A stretch of DNA of 64,000 bases from Candidatus Bathyarchaeota archaeon (GCA_963777155.1 CAVZPM010000009.1:32001-96000); one strand, 5' to 3'. Shown: positions 1-10,048, counted from the first letter of the stretch. The notes: a model not told the origin generated them from the letters alone. Numbers and translations: made by a program.

Positions 1-1898
1 AAGAGGATGTCCTTCTGTCTCTGCGAAAGGTTGTAGATAAGATCGATTTTGATGTTCTTAGTCTTATCCACTAAGATTACTGGCTCATCGTTCTCCAGTT
101 TCTTCTTCAGGTTAGGAATCTCGATTTCGTCACCCTGATCTATCTTGTTGTAGTCATCAATGTTTTTGAAAGATAGCGAGATAATGCCGAAGTTAACTAG
201 GTTAGCTGAGTGAATTCTCTCAACGGACTTTGCTATAATTGCTTTAACACCTAGATACATTGGGCAAAGGGCAGCGTGTTCTCTGGAACTTCCTTGTCCA
301 TAAGATTCTCCGGCAACTATAACCGTAGCTAATCCTTTAGTTTTGGCGTCCATTGCTCTTTTTGGGAAGTCTTTGTCAAGCGGTTCAAAAACATATTTGG
401 AGTATTCGGGCACATTGGAACGGTATTTTAGTCTGGCTCCAGCTGGCATGATATGGTCGGTTGTAATTTTATCACCCACTTTTATGCCGATAACACCTTT
501 GATTTCGTCTGGCATTTTATCGTTAACTGGCGGAGCGCCGATGTTGGGTCCCCTTACAATTTCAACGTTTTTGTCAGCATCATTTGGGAAAATAAACATG
601 GAATCATCCACTAGGAACTTGTTTGGCATATCCACTAGGGGGTAATTTATTCCCGTCGTTCGTGGGTCAGTCATCTTTCCAGCGATTGCTGACACCGCTG
701 CAACCTCGGGGCTCACAAGGTAAACTTGCGCGTCTGCGGTGCCGCTTCGTCCCTCAAAATTTCTGTTACTTGTCCTAAGAGAGACGCCTGCTGATTTGGG
801 GCTTTGGCTGTTGCCGATGCAGAAGCCACAGGTTGCTTCAAGCAGTCTAGCGCCGCTATCTATCAGGTCACCGATATAACCGTCTTTTGTCGCCATCTGA
901 AGCACCTGTCTTGAGCCTGGCGCTACTCCAAACGATACGTTTGGGTGAACTTTTTTGCCTTTCATTATTTTGGCGGCGGTGGCTATTTCTTTGTAAGACG
1001 AGTTGGTACATGACCCCAGCATAACTTGGTCAATTCTTAGGTCTCTCAAATTGCTAACTTTGACTATGTTGCCGGGACTGTGCGGTGCCGCTGCAAGAGG
1101 CTCCAGTTCACTAAGGTCCAGGTCAACTACCTTGTCATATTCAGCATCATCGTCAGCTTTTAGCTCGACCCAATCTGCCTCTCTGCCTTGAGCTTTGAGA
1201 AATTTTTTGGTTTCTTCATCGGAAGGGAATATGGAGGTTGTGACACCCATCTCTGCGCCCATATTGGTGATCGTTGCTCGTTCTGGGACGGTGAGGTTCT
1301 TTACACCCGGTCCAGTATACTCCATGATGACACCGACATTGCCCTTAACTGTGAATATTTCTAGCATCTTCAGGACTACGTCTTTGGCGCTAACCCATGG
1401 TTGAAGAGCGCCCTTGAGGTTTATCTTATAGACTTTTGGGCAGGTGATGTAGAATTCGCCTCCACCCATTGCTACTGCAACATCTAGACCACCGGCGCCT
1501 ATGGCTATCATGCCGATGCCGCCTCCAGTCGTTGTGTGACTGTCAGAACCGAGAAGTGTCTTGCCAGGCTTGCCAAACCGTTCCAGATGGACTTGATGGC
1601 ATATTCCATTTCCTGCCTTTGAGTAGATGATACCGTATTTAGCGGCTACACTTTGAAGGTACTTGTGGTCATCAGCGTTCTCAAAACCCACTTGGATTGT
1701 ATTGTGATCAACGTAGCTAACGGAAAGCTCGGTCTTCACCTGTTTGAGACCCATAGCCTCAAACTGGAGGTAAGCCATCGTTCCTGTCGCGTCCTGAGTC
1801 AGGGTTTGATCAACCTTTATTCCTATCTCTTTTCCAGGTACGTATTCGCCTACAACCAAGTGTTTTTCCAGTATCTTCCGTGTAAGGGACTTTCCCAT
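1..1898 (-). CDS. acnA: Aconitate hydratase, 3' end runs off the window
   Basis: Not in the ORF track because it is open at the edge. Minus strand from ATG 1898 reads MGKSLTRKILEKHLV...DQTLTQDATGTMAYLQFE...GNGICHQVHLE...GSDSHT...GSCTNSS...CGFCIG...TSNRNFEGR...ITTDHI...YGQGSSREHAA, the aconitase 4Fe-4S and swivel motifs in one chain. Confidence 0.92.
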   Translation of the reverse strand, partial: MGKSLTRKILEKHLVVGEYVPGKEIGIKVDQTLTQDATGTMAYLQFEAMGLKQVKTELSVSYVDHNTIQVGFENADDHKYLQSVAAKYGIIYSKAGNGICHQVHLERFGKPGKTLLGSDSHTTTGGGIGMIAIGAGGLDVAVAMGGGEFYITCPKVYKINLKGALQPWVSAKDVVLKMLEIFTVKGNVGVIMEYTGPGVKNLTVPERATITNMGAEMGVTTSIFPSDEETKKFLKAQGREADWVELKADDDAEYDKVVDLDLSELEPLAAAPHSPGNIVKVSNLRDLRIDQVMLGSCTNSSYKEIATAAKIMKGKKVHPNVSFGVAPGSRQVLQMATKDGYIGDLIDSGARLLEATCGFCIGNSQSPKSAGVSLRTSNRNFEGRSGTADAQVYLVSPEVAAVSAIAGKMTDPRTTGINYPLVDMPNKFLVDDSMFIFPNDADKNVEIVRGPNIGAPPVNDKMPDEIKGVIGIKVGDKITTDHIMPAGARLKYRSNVPEYSKYVFEPLDKDFPKRAMDAKTKGLATVIVAGESYGQGSSREHAALCPMYLGVKAIIAKSVERIHSANLVNFGIISLSFKNIDDYNKIDQGDEIEIPNLKKKLENDEPVILVDKTKNIKIDLIYNLSQRQKDIL

Positions 1899-2269
1899 AA
1901 ATATCTCATCCTTGGAAAGGATTGTTTTGCTTAACAGCATATAAACGTTGTCAATTTACAGGATGAATACATCACCCCATTTACTTAATACAAATTTAAG
2001 TAAATTTTGGAAAATTGTGCAAAAAATAGCCAAAAAGCGCAAAAATGGAACAATACTGTTGCTGCCACAGTGGAAACAGTTAGGGTACACTGATTGAGTG
2101 AACGGTAGATTGTTCCTGTCAATGGCTTAAGTCATTTTGTATCCCGTTAAAGATAGGTTTTCAATTGGTTAAGAGAAATCAAAAACTGCTGTTTACCTGT
2201 CTGTTTAAAAGCCTTGAATAGTCATTTAGTGAACTTTTCCTGAAAACTCTAATGACTAAGAGCTTAGGG

Positions 2270-2566
2270 TCAGCTCATGAAAGTTGGGTGTGCATCTTCT
2301 TCGTTGATATGATGCATTACATGCAGTGCTAAGCCCGTGGCTGCGCCTGCGGAAAGTCCCAAAAGCAAGTTTGTGAGCCACGAATAATTCCCCACTAGAC
2401 CCAAGACAACTAGGGCATCAAAACCCAATGCAACTGCCAAGTAACCTACACACCACATTTTAACGCTCATACCTCTTGGCTTGTTGATTCCAATTCCTCC
2501 AAGTATGCCTAGCATTATTAGAAAGCCTACTAATGCGTAAATCCAGTCGTAACTCAAACCATTCAC
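2270..2566 (-). CDS. Small 3-TM membrane protein with His-rich C-terminus
   Basis: 98 aa, GTG start, three hydrophobic segments, ends LALHVMHHINEEDAH. Confidence 0.65.
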   Translation of the reverse strand: MNGLSYDWIYALVGFLIMLGILGGIGINKPRGMSVKMWCVGYLAVALGFDALVVLGLVGNYSWLTNLLLGLSAGAATGLALHVMHHINEEDAHPTFMS

Positions 2567-2802
2567 CTGTTATAATTGGCTAAGTTCCGTTTTGAGGTTA
2601 ATTAGGTTATCGAAACCTTAACTGCAGAAAGATACAGTATCAGTAAAACAGCGAGAGCACCGCTATCTTTTTTTACCTACTACAGGAAATCTTTAGGCTC
2701 AAGGGTGTGTAAGCAGTAACAAACTTTGACGAAAGGCAATGCCACAGATGGGCTCAACTCCTGATTAACCGAAAACAGAAACTCATAGAAGCCCAAGTTG
2801 CC

Positions 2803-4785
2803 ATGGAACAAAGTAATTTTGACTTAGCAAAGCAGTTGTATAACCAAATTTTCAACGGAGTTATGGGCAAACAAGCCGATCCGGGAATGGCCGGTTCACT
2901 TTTGTACCACATGGCCATGGTTTCAAAGATGGAATCGGAAACCCAAGTGCTCCTTAATGCACTAAATGTTGTACTGCCGGATGTATCTGTGCAGTTGAGT
3001 AAGATTTACTTTGATTTTGAGTCTGACGCAAAGCAGCTAACCCAAAATATAGTTCCCTTCTCAGTAAGTTTTAAAGAGATCGCCACCAGCTCTCGACCAA
3101 CAAGTGAAGAAAAAATAAAATTGTTTACAAACCTTAAGCAAGAAAATAAAAAAGTCGAAGTCCTCCTAAACAACAAGAGCCCCGAGGCAAGCGAAGCGTT
3201 AGAGAAATTGTTCGACAGGTGGGCAGAGCAAGTTATTCGGATGCGACTTATCCAAGAGTACGAAACAATCAAAGGCTTACTAGTTACAGCTGAGTTGGCA
3301 AAAACCATAGGTTTACCTGCCCTTGAAAAAGTGATGAAAGCAGTCCAAGAAAAGTTTGGTATGGAAACAGTCAGCATTGCCCTCGATGTAACACTTAAGG
3401 TTGGTATGCGACGGGAGAAACTGCAGTCAGTCATGCTTAGCGATCACTTCATAAACATGACCATGAGCAACGAGACCCTTGACGGACACATGGAATTTTT
3501 GAACTGCCCCATATATGGAAGCCATCATTATGCCCATGAAAAATATGGCGTAGACGACAAGGTTTCTGGGTTGTTCTGTACTCATTTCTGTTTTGCCCAC
3601 GCCAAAGCCATGCTTGACACAGTTCTGCCTTTTCCCTTCACGCTATGGCAGCCTAAACTGATAGCGACCCATGGCAACTGTGAATTCTACCTAAAACTTG
3701 CATATACACCAGAAGCAAAGTCAGCAGAGCGGTTTGTTCCTTTAGTAATGTCTTGGAACGTTACTCGCGAATGCAACATGAAATGCAGTCACTGTTACAT
3801 TAACGCGACAGAAAAGAAACTATCAAATGAATTGTCCACTCAAGAAGGCAAAGACCTCATGGACCAAATTTGCCAAGTTAGCAAACCACTACTCATACTC
3901 AGCGGTGGCGAGCCACTCTTGCGCCCAGACATTTATGAACTAATCCGTTATGGCTCATCTAAGGGCTTGAAGATGGGGCTAGGAAGCAACGGAAGTCTCA
4001 TCGATGAGACGGTTGCGGCTAAACTCAAAGCAGCTGGAATAGCAACGGTTTCAATCAGCTTGGACTCCCATATTCCATCGCAACACGACGAGTTCCGAGG
4101 AGTGGCAGGTTCATGGGAAAAAGCAGTCAACGCTTGCAAGGTTTTAAGGAAAAACAATGTGCTCGTCCAAATAAACACCACTCTAACTCAGCAGAACTAC
4201 AACCAAATAGATGATATCATGAGTTTGGCAGAGGAAATTGGGGTTGAAAATTTCCACTTGTTCTTCCTTGTTCCGACAGGTCGAGGTGCTAAACTAGAGG
4301 ATATTTCACCTCAAAAATACGAAGACATGATAACCAATACCTTCGCTAAAGTTGCAAAACACAAGTTAAACGTAAGACCTTCCTGTGCACCTCAGTTTAT
4401 GCGCATTGCCAAAGGCATGGGTTTAGACATGAGGCAGTGGGTTCGCGGTTGCTTGGCGGGCTTGTACTACTGCCGGATTTACCCCAACGGAGACGTAACT
4501 CCCTGCCCCTACCTGCCTATAAAACTTGGGAACGTCCTCGAAGAAGACTTCAAAGAAATCTGGTTTAAATCAAACATCTTCAAAGCATTGAGGAACCCCA
4601 ACGCGCTCAAAGGAAAATGCGGTGCATGCGATTACCGCTCGCTGTGCGGTGGCTGCCGTGCACGGGCTTATGGACTTTCAAGCGACTTTATCGATTACTG
4701 CGGCGATCTTCATGAACCAGAAGAACTTAAGAAAGAGTATTTGACTGAGGACCCATGGTGTGTCTATCAACCAAAAACCTCTTAA
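2803..4785 (+). CDS. Radical SAM/SPASM protein, AhbD/NirJ2 (heme synthase)-like, with a ~310-aa N-terminal extension
   Basis: WNVTRECNMKCSHCY (CX3CX2C), SGGEPLLR, FFLVPTGRG, RPSCAPQFMRI, GCLAG...PCPY, CGACDYRSLCGGCRARAY (SPASM). Confidence 0.85.
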   Translation: MEQSNFDLAKQLYNQIFNGVMGKQADPGMAGSLLYHMAMVSKMESETQVLLNALNVVLPDVSVQLSKIYFDFESDAKQLTQNIVPFSVSFKEIATSSRPTSEEKIKLFTNLKQENKKVEVLLNNKSPEASEALEKLFDRWAEQVIRMRLIQEYETIKGLLVTAELAKTIGLPALEKVMKAVQEKFGMETVSIALDVTLKVGMRREKLQSVMLSDHFINMTMSNETLDGHMEFLNCPIYGSHHYAHEKYGVDDKVSGLFCTHFCFAHAKAMLDTVLPFPFTLWQPKLIATHGNCEFYLKLAYTPEAKSAERFVPLVMSWNVTRECNMKCSHCYINATEKKLSNELSTQEGKDLMDQICQVSKPLLILSGGEPLLRPDIYELIRYGSSKGLKMGLGSNGSLIDETVAAKLKAAGIATVSISLDSHIPSQHDEFRGVAGSWEKAVNACKVLRKNNVLVQINTTLTQQNYNQIDDIMSLAEEIGVENFHLFFLVPTGRGAKLEDISPQKYEDMITNTFAKVAKHKLNVRPSCAPQFMRIAKGMGLDMRQWVRGCLAGLYYCRIYPNGDVTPCPYLPIKLGNVLEEDFKEIWFKSNIFKALRNPNALKGKCGACDYRSLCGGCRARAYGLSSDFIDYCGDLHEPEELKKEYLTEDPWCVYQPKTS

Positions 4786-5111
4786 GTCATAGTTATCTTT
4801 CAAAAACTTCAACAGACAAGTGAAGCGGCTTTGGCAGCCCGCAAACACAGTATTCCAGTGGCTGTGGACCGCCAAATAAATCTTGGAAGGCGCAAAAAAT
4901 GAAGGTTGCCCACCCCCCCTAATACAAACAAAGTCGTTACAGCAGCAACGCCACTTGAATCATGGTTGCCTCAGGATACGCTGAAGGCGCGGATGCACTA
5001 AAGCAACTTGCTTCTCCAACTCAAACCTGTTCAGCATCGTAGCCAGCAACCTTTAGAGTACGTGCAATAATACTATAAGGCAGAAAACCCATATTCGTAT
5101 CCAATCTTAAA

Positions 5112-5483
5112 ATGGGGGAAAAAAAAGCGTTCACATGCAAAAACTCTTCCTGCAGAAAGACATTTGCTACTCCCCTTAAGACAATAAACCTGCAAGAAAA
5201 CACAACTGAACCATACTACGCCTGCCCATATTGCCTTACAAAACTGGAAATGGAACAACCCAAGAGAGAGAAAGAAACAGGTCCTTTTGAACCACTTTCA
5301 AAAAGGCAGTCTGAAAATAATCAGAACGAAAGCAAAGAGAAAAATAGAAATAGAGAAAAGCCCTCAGATTGCCAGCTTCACCTTGGATATTTAAGTGAGC
5401 GTTCTTCAAAAGAGCAAATTCCAGACGGCTGCCTTGTCTGCAAAGACATCGTTGAATGTATGCTTAAAAAAATGCGAGATTAA
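5112..5483 (+). CDS. Hypothetical Cys-rich (zinc-finger-like) protein
   Basis: CKNSSC...CPYC N-terminal module, charged linker, C-terminal CQLHLGYL...CLVC...C module. Confidence 0.7.
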   Translation: MGEKKAFTCKNSSCRKTFATPLKTINLQENTTEPYYACPYCLTKLEMEQPKREKETGPFEPLSKRQSENNQNESKEKNRNREKPSDCQLHLGYLSERSSKEQIPDGCLVCKDIVECMLKKMRD

Positions 5484-5569
5484 ATCAAAATTTTAATAAG
5501 TCCCACTTCATTTAGGAAAAATAAATTAAAAAAACTGGATAGGAAATAATAAGAAGAGAATAAAAGATT

Positions 5570-5938
5570 TTACTTCTTTTTCTTTGCTGCGGATTTGTCT
5601 TCGGTGGTTGCTGCTTCCGTTGCGGGAGCCGGTTCTTCAACTTTTTGATCGTCTTTCTTTTCTTCGATTTCAGTTGTGATCTCTTCGATTGGTTTTGGAG
5701 GCGGTGTTGTTGCCATTGTCCATCCGATCCAAGCCCCAATGAAAAGTATAGCTACGAAGGCAATGAATACTGGCACTGCAATTACCCAAAATTGAATTTT
5801 AAATAGGTCAGTAGTTGAGCTGAGTAGCCCGATAGAGACTAACCAAGTTGGATAGAACAGCGTAACAAGGTAACCGATAGCGACTACAACGCAAACGACT
5901 AGTATTGCTCCACCTATTCCTTGATCTTTGCTAACCAT
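5570..5938 (-). CDS. Two-TM membrane protein, DPM2-like
   Basis: Two TM helices, GWTMATTPPPKPIEE motif and charged tail. Residue pattern resembles DPM2 (see findings). Confidence 0.75.
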   Translation of the reverse strand: MVSKDQGIGGAILVVCVVVAIGYLVTLFYPTWLVSIGLLSSTTDLFKIQFWVIAVPVFIAFVAILFIGAWIGWTMATTPPPKPIEEITTEIEEKKDDQKVEEPAPATEAATTEDKSAAKKKK

Positions 5939-6017
5939 TTAGTGATTCACCACTTTATAGCCATGTATTCGCTTAATCAATTTAAAGTTTGTCATTGCCC
6001 TTCAAGTGCTCGGTTGA

Positions 6018-7274
6018 TCAAGTAGTACCCATTTCCCAGGTTGACAAGTACTTTTTCTGTTCAGCGGTGAGCTCATCGATTGAAACATTCATAGATTTCA
6101 GTTTTAGCTCGGCAACTTTTTCATCGATCTCTTTTGGAACAGTATAGACTTTGGTTTGGAGTTTAGATGTTTTGGCGAGGTGCTCTGAACATAAGGCTTG
6201 GTTTGCAAAAGACATGTCCATGACTTCTGACGGGTGACCTTCTGCGGCTGCGAGGTTAACCAGTCTACCTTCGGCGAGGAGGTAGAGTTTTCTGCCATCC
6301 TTTAAAGTGTATTCTTCCATGTTGGGGCGCATCGTCCGTTTGGCTTTTGTGAGCCCTTCTAAGTCTGGAATGTTGATTTCTACGTTAAAGTGCCCACTGT
6401 TGCACATAATAGCGCCATCCTTCATCTTTTGCAAGTGTTCTTTACGTATGACACTTATGTCACCTGTAGCTGTGACGAAAATGTCACCGATGGGTGCTGC
6501 TTCAGCCATGGGCATGACACGATAACCATCCATGACTGCTTCTAGGGCGCGGGTTGGTTGAATTTCTGTCACTATAACGTTGGCTCCTAAGCCTCGCGCA
6601 CGCATAGCTATACCTCTGCTGCACCAGCCGTATCCTCCAACAACAAAATTTTTGCCTGCGAGTAGAACGGAGGTTGCCCGCATAATACCATCGATGGTGC
6701 TTTGGCCCGTTCCATAGCGGTTGTCAAAGAGGTATTTTGTGTATGCGTCGTTAACTGCTATGATTGGGTATTTGAGGCTACCATCCTGTTCCATGGCTTT
6801 TAGGCGAACTACACCAGTAGAGGTTTCTTCGGTTCCGCCTTTGACGTCTTTAATTTGGTTTTGTCGTTTGCTGTGAAGCATTCCTACGACATCTGCGCCG
6901 TCATCCATTGTCATGGTTGGTTTGAAATCAAGGACTTTGTCTATGCATTTGTAATAGTCCTCAGTATTCTGTCCTCTCCAAGCGAAAACGTGTACCCCGC
7001 TATCTGCTAAGGCTGCGGCAACGTCGTCTTGGGTTGATAGGGGGTTTGAGCCGCATAATGCGACTTTAGCGCCTCCTGCAATAAGTACTTTGATGAGCAC
7101 TGCGGTTTCTTTGGTTACGTGGAGACACGCAGCTATTGTTTGACCTTTAAGCGGTTTTTCTTTCTCAAAGCGAGTTTTAATAATTGTTAGAACAGGCATG
7201 TGCTTTGATGCCCACTCGATCTGCAAGTGACCTTGTGGTGCTAAACTTTTATCTTTAACTTGGAATTCTTCCAT
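6018..7274 (-). CDS. ahcY: Adenosylhomocysteinase
   Basis: [62 protein letters not shown]. Confidence 0.98.
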   Translation of the reverse strand: MEEFQVKDKSLAPQGHLQIEWASKHMPVLTIIKTRFEKEKPLKGQTIAACLHVTKETAVLIKVLIAGGAKVALCGSNPLSTQDDVAAALADSGVHVFAWRGQNTEDYYKCIDKVLDFKPTMTMDDGADVVGMLHSKRQNQIKDVKGGTEETSTGVVRLKAMEQDGSLKYPIIAVNDAYTKYLFDNRYGTGQSTIDGIMRATSVLLAGKNFVVGGYGWCSRGIAMRARGLGANVIVTEIQPTRALEAVMDGYRVMPMAEAAPIGDIFVTATGDISVIRKEHLQKMKDGAIMCNSGHFNVEINIPDLEGLTKAKRTMRPNMEEYTLKDGRKLYLLAEGRLVNLAAAEGHPSEVMDMSFANQALCSEHLAKTSKLQTKVYTVPKEIDEKVAELKLKSMNVSIDELTAEQKKYLSTWEMGTT

Positions 7275-7404
7275 GAATATTCCTTCTTTTTAGGAACATT
7301 GTGTCTTCTACCTATTTAGAATTTGCTTCGAAAAGGCAGGATGTAGGTGCAAACTCGAAAAAGTTTAATTATGCAAGATCCAGACCTACATGTGAGAGGA
7401 TAAA

Positions 7405-8010
7405 ATGAAGGAACCTTTTGCCTCGTTTGTTAAAAAAGAGTTAGGTCCGAGAACGCTATTGATAACATGCGGGTTGCCTGCAAGTTATAAAACAGAAACA
7501 GCAGAGGAAGTCTCCAAAATTAAGGGTTACCCTATTCTCCGCAGCGACTTGATTCGGTTGGAAGTGCTTAAGAATGAAGATATTTTTGATGTGAAAGTTG
7601 CGGGAAACATGAATAAGCGATTATCAGTTTACGATGAAGTGTTTCGCCGCGCTGATGAATTAGCAGCAAAAAGTAAAGACGGCTTAATCTTGGATGCTAC
7701 GTTTGTTACGCAAGAACTTCGCAGACGCTCGGCTGAGATAGCTGCAAAAAACAACATGACTTTTGTTATTCTTCAAACCAGTTGCCCCCAAGAAGTATCG
7801 CTTTCCAGAATTAAGAAGCGAACCAAAGAGAAGTACGAGTCCAACGCATTAACAGAAGAAGCATATCAGGCCAACAAGAACAAGTTTGAACCAGTTGACA
7901 TAGGTGACCTTAAGAAAAAATATCCAACGCTCAAAGTAACTCACCTAACTGTTGATACCTGCCGCGACGAAACCGACCAATGGTTCGTAGTGGGAATGGA
8001 GAAAAAGTAA
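7405..8010 (+). CDS. P-loop kinase, AAA_33/COG0645-like
   Basis: LLITCGLPASYKT (variant Walker A), LRSDLIR, LILDATF. Confidence 0.8.
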   Translation: MKEPFASFVKKELGPRTLLITCGLPASYKTETAEEVSKIKGYPILRSDLIRLEVLKNEDIFDVKVAGNMNKRLSVYDEVFRRADELAAKSKDGLILDATFVTQELRRRSAEIAAKNNMTFVILQTSCPQEVSLSRIKKRTKEKYESNALTEEAYQANKNKFEPVDIGDLKKKYPTLKVTHLTVDTCRDETDQWFVVGMEKK

Positions 8011-8021
8011 AGAGTGCCGCC

Positions 8022-8888
8022 ATGAAAATTGATTTGCACGTTCATTCGAAAGGTTCCGACGGAAAATTCACTATTGCAGAAATAATAAGAGAGGCCAAGA
8101 CCCGAGATATCGACTTACTCGCGATTACAGACCATGACTCCATCGGTTGCCAAACCCAAGCTTTCGCTCAGGCTGAAAACGCAGGCATAAAATACATCAC
8201 TGGTGTAGAGTTGAATGTCACTTTTTCACATCCCAAGTATCATGAGGGAAAAGTAGTTTCATTGGATTTTTTGGGTTTTCAATTCGATTCTAGCAACAAG
8301 GCGCTAGAAAGCAAATTGGAGACAATGGCGAAGTACAGGCAGGAACGGGCGGCTAAAATCCTTGACAATCTCAACGCGGAATTCAAGAAAGAACAGATTA
8401 CAGCATTAACTAAGGACGATTTTCGGAAAATTGAAGAGTCAGTAGACGGGGTATTCGGCAGACCCCATATAGCAGATTATTTAGTTAAAAAAGGAATTGT
8501 TAAAACGCGTCAAGAAGCTTTTGATAAATATCTGGTCAAATGTGACGTGCCAAAGTTCCCACTTCACCTTGAAGAAGCATCAAAACTCATTCGAGGCGCT
8601 GGCGGAAAACTGGTTTTGGCTCACCCTAACGATCCTCATGGAACCTCACTTAAAATTCTGAGTGAAGTTCTTGCTGAGCAGACTGAGATTGTCGAGGAAG
8701 CAATGCTTCCTTACATCGATGGCGTTGAATGTTGGCATTCCCGAAGCACCCCAGAAACAACCGATCAATACATTGCTTTCGCAATGCAGCAGGGACTCAT
8801 CATGACTGGGGGAAGTGACTGCCACCAAAAACCAATCCTGATGGGGACAGTTCAGATCCCAGATTGGGTAGCAAGCCAATTCAAATAG
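8022..8888 (+). CDS. PHP-domain metal-dependent phosphoesterase (TrpH/YciV-like)
   Basis: IDLHVHSKGSDG, AITDHD, GVEL, GRPHIA, LAHP, GGSDCH. ATG 8022 is the likely start. Confidence 0.92.
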   Translation: MKIDLHVHSKGSDGKFTIAEIIREAKTRDIDLLAITDHDSIGCQTQAFAQAENAGIKYITGVELNVTFSHPKYHEGKVVSLDFLGFQFDSSNKALESKLETMAKYRQERAAKILDNLNAEFKKEQITALTKDDFRKIEESVDGVFGRPHIADYLVKKGIVKTRQEAFDKYLVKCDVPKFPLHLEEASKLIRGAGGKLVLAHPNDPHGTSLKILSEVLAEQTEIVEEAMLPYIDGVECWHSRSTPETTDQYIAFAMQQGLIMTGGSDCHQKPILMGTVQIPDWVASQFK

Positions 8889-8896
8889 AAAAAGAC

Positions 8897-9904
8897 TTAG
8901 AGAGTATGAGCATATTCAGTGGCTAGTTTAAAGTAGTCTTGAGCTTCTCTGATTGCAGATGCCTTTTCTTCGTGTTTTATGTTTGTGTCGTCAAGTCTGA
9001 AGCTGATTACTTTGCCGCGCACATACGCACGGTAGCATTTGTAAAATGGGAGCAGCAAGGTTAGCTGTTGGTCATTAGAACACGCGATGTATTGCTCTAT
9101 GAAGCGATCTGCCAGGTTACGTCGTTGCTGGAAATCCAAATCCATTGCTAAGAAGGCAACGTCCGCAGCAACGTCAGAATAACGGAAACGATCGTTAAAT
9201 TCTATAGCATCGAATATACAGATTTTTTCTGTAATGAAAATGTTACCTGAATGAAGATCCCCATGGCAATCTCGAATGCGTTTGTCAACTATTCGACTTT
9301 CAAAAAGTGCATTGTTTTTCTCCATGAAGCAGTTGATTTTCGTTTGAATGAATTGGAAATCTGTTTGCGAAATAGTTTGGTTGATGTATTTTGTGGTTTG
9401 AGCAAAGTTTTCGTCCCAGTTAGTCTTAATTATTTTCAGGGAGCCGAACTCGTTTATTTCTGGACTTGTCTGCGCTTTTGAGTGGAACTCAGCAACTATA
9501 CGTGCTATCTCATCAATTTTTTTTTGGTTCACTTTATTTTGTTTTAGTAGTACTGCCATGATTTTTTCTTGTGGCAACCGCTTCATCTTTAGGGCGTATT
9601 CGACGGTTTCACCGTTGCCGTTTATTTTGATGCTGTTTGATTTGTTGATATTAACAACTTCGAGATATATTTCTGGGCAGAGGCGCCTGTTTAATTCCAA
9701 CTCTTTCTCACAGTAGAAACGCCTTTTTTCAAGGGTTGAGAAATCGAGAAACCCGAAGTTTACGGCTTTTTTCACTTTATAAACATAATTCTTGGTTAAG
9801 AATACAAAGGATATGTGGGTCTGAATGAGGTCTATCTTGCCCGTCTCTTGGGGATAAGCTTCTGGTTTAAGTAGGGCATCTATCACTTGCTCTTGATTTT
9901 GCAT
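8897..9904 (-). CDS. Aminoglycoside-phosphotransferase-like kinase (COG2187)
   Basis: IQTHISFVFL, YKVKK..NFGFLDFSTLEKR, ELNRRL, RDCHGDLHSGNI, FDAIEFNDRFR, DVAFLAMDL, YRAYVRGKV. Confidence 0.9.
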   Translation of the reverse strand: MQNQEQVIDALLKPEAYPQETGKIDLIQTHISFVFLTKNYVYKVKKAVNFGFLDFSTLEKRRFYCEKELELNRRLCPEIYLEVVNINKSNSIKINGNGETVEYALKMKRLPQEKIMAVLLKQNKVNQKKIDEIARIVAEFHSKAQTSPEINEFGSLKIIKTNWDENFAQTTKYINQTISQTDFQFIQTKINCFMEKNNALFESRIVDKRIRDCHGDLHSGNIFITEKICIFDAIEFNDRFRYSDVAADVAFLAMDLDFQQRRNLADRFIEQYIACSNDQQLTLLLPFYKCYRAYVRGKVISFRLDDTNIKHEEKASAIREAQDYFKLATEYAHTL

Positions 9905-10048
9905 GCAGCTGTCTCCTTTCGGATATATTCTTGTGAACTTGCAACCAATAAATATAGGGGTCCATTTTTTTCCGTAAGGATTGGTTTAATGTCTTTCCAG
10001 TTTTGGTTAACTTTATATGCGACTTACCGAAAAGATTTTGCGATAAAA

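Noticed and set aside
343-1934. Plus-strand ORFs 343-645, 1003-1191, 1195-1404 and 1653-1934
   Set aside because: They are antisense shadows of the aconitase gene. The same applies to the many short ORFs opposite other well-supported genes.
2062-2078. CAGTG near the aconitase promoter as an iron-responsive element
   Set aside because: The flanks do not form the IRE upper stem, and this copy is on the strand opposite the aconitase mRNA.
4962-5042. 26-codon ORF MVASGYAEGADALKQLASPTQTCSAS downstream of the radical SAM/SPASM gene, as a RiPP precursor
   Set aside because: The enzyme has AhbD/NirJ2 signatures, there is no RRE, transporter or peptidase nearby, and nothing supports translation.
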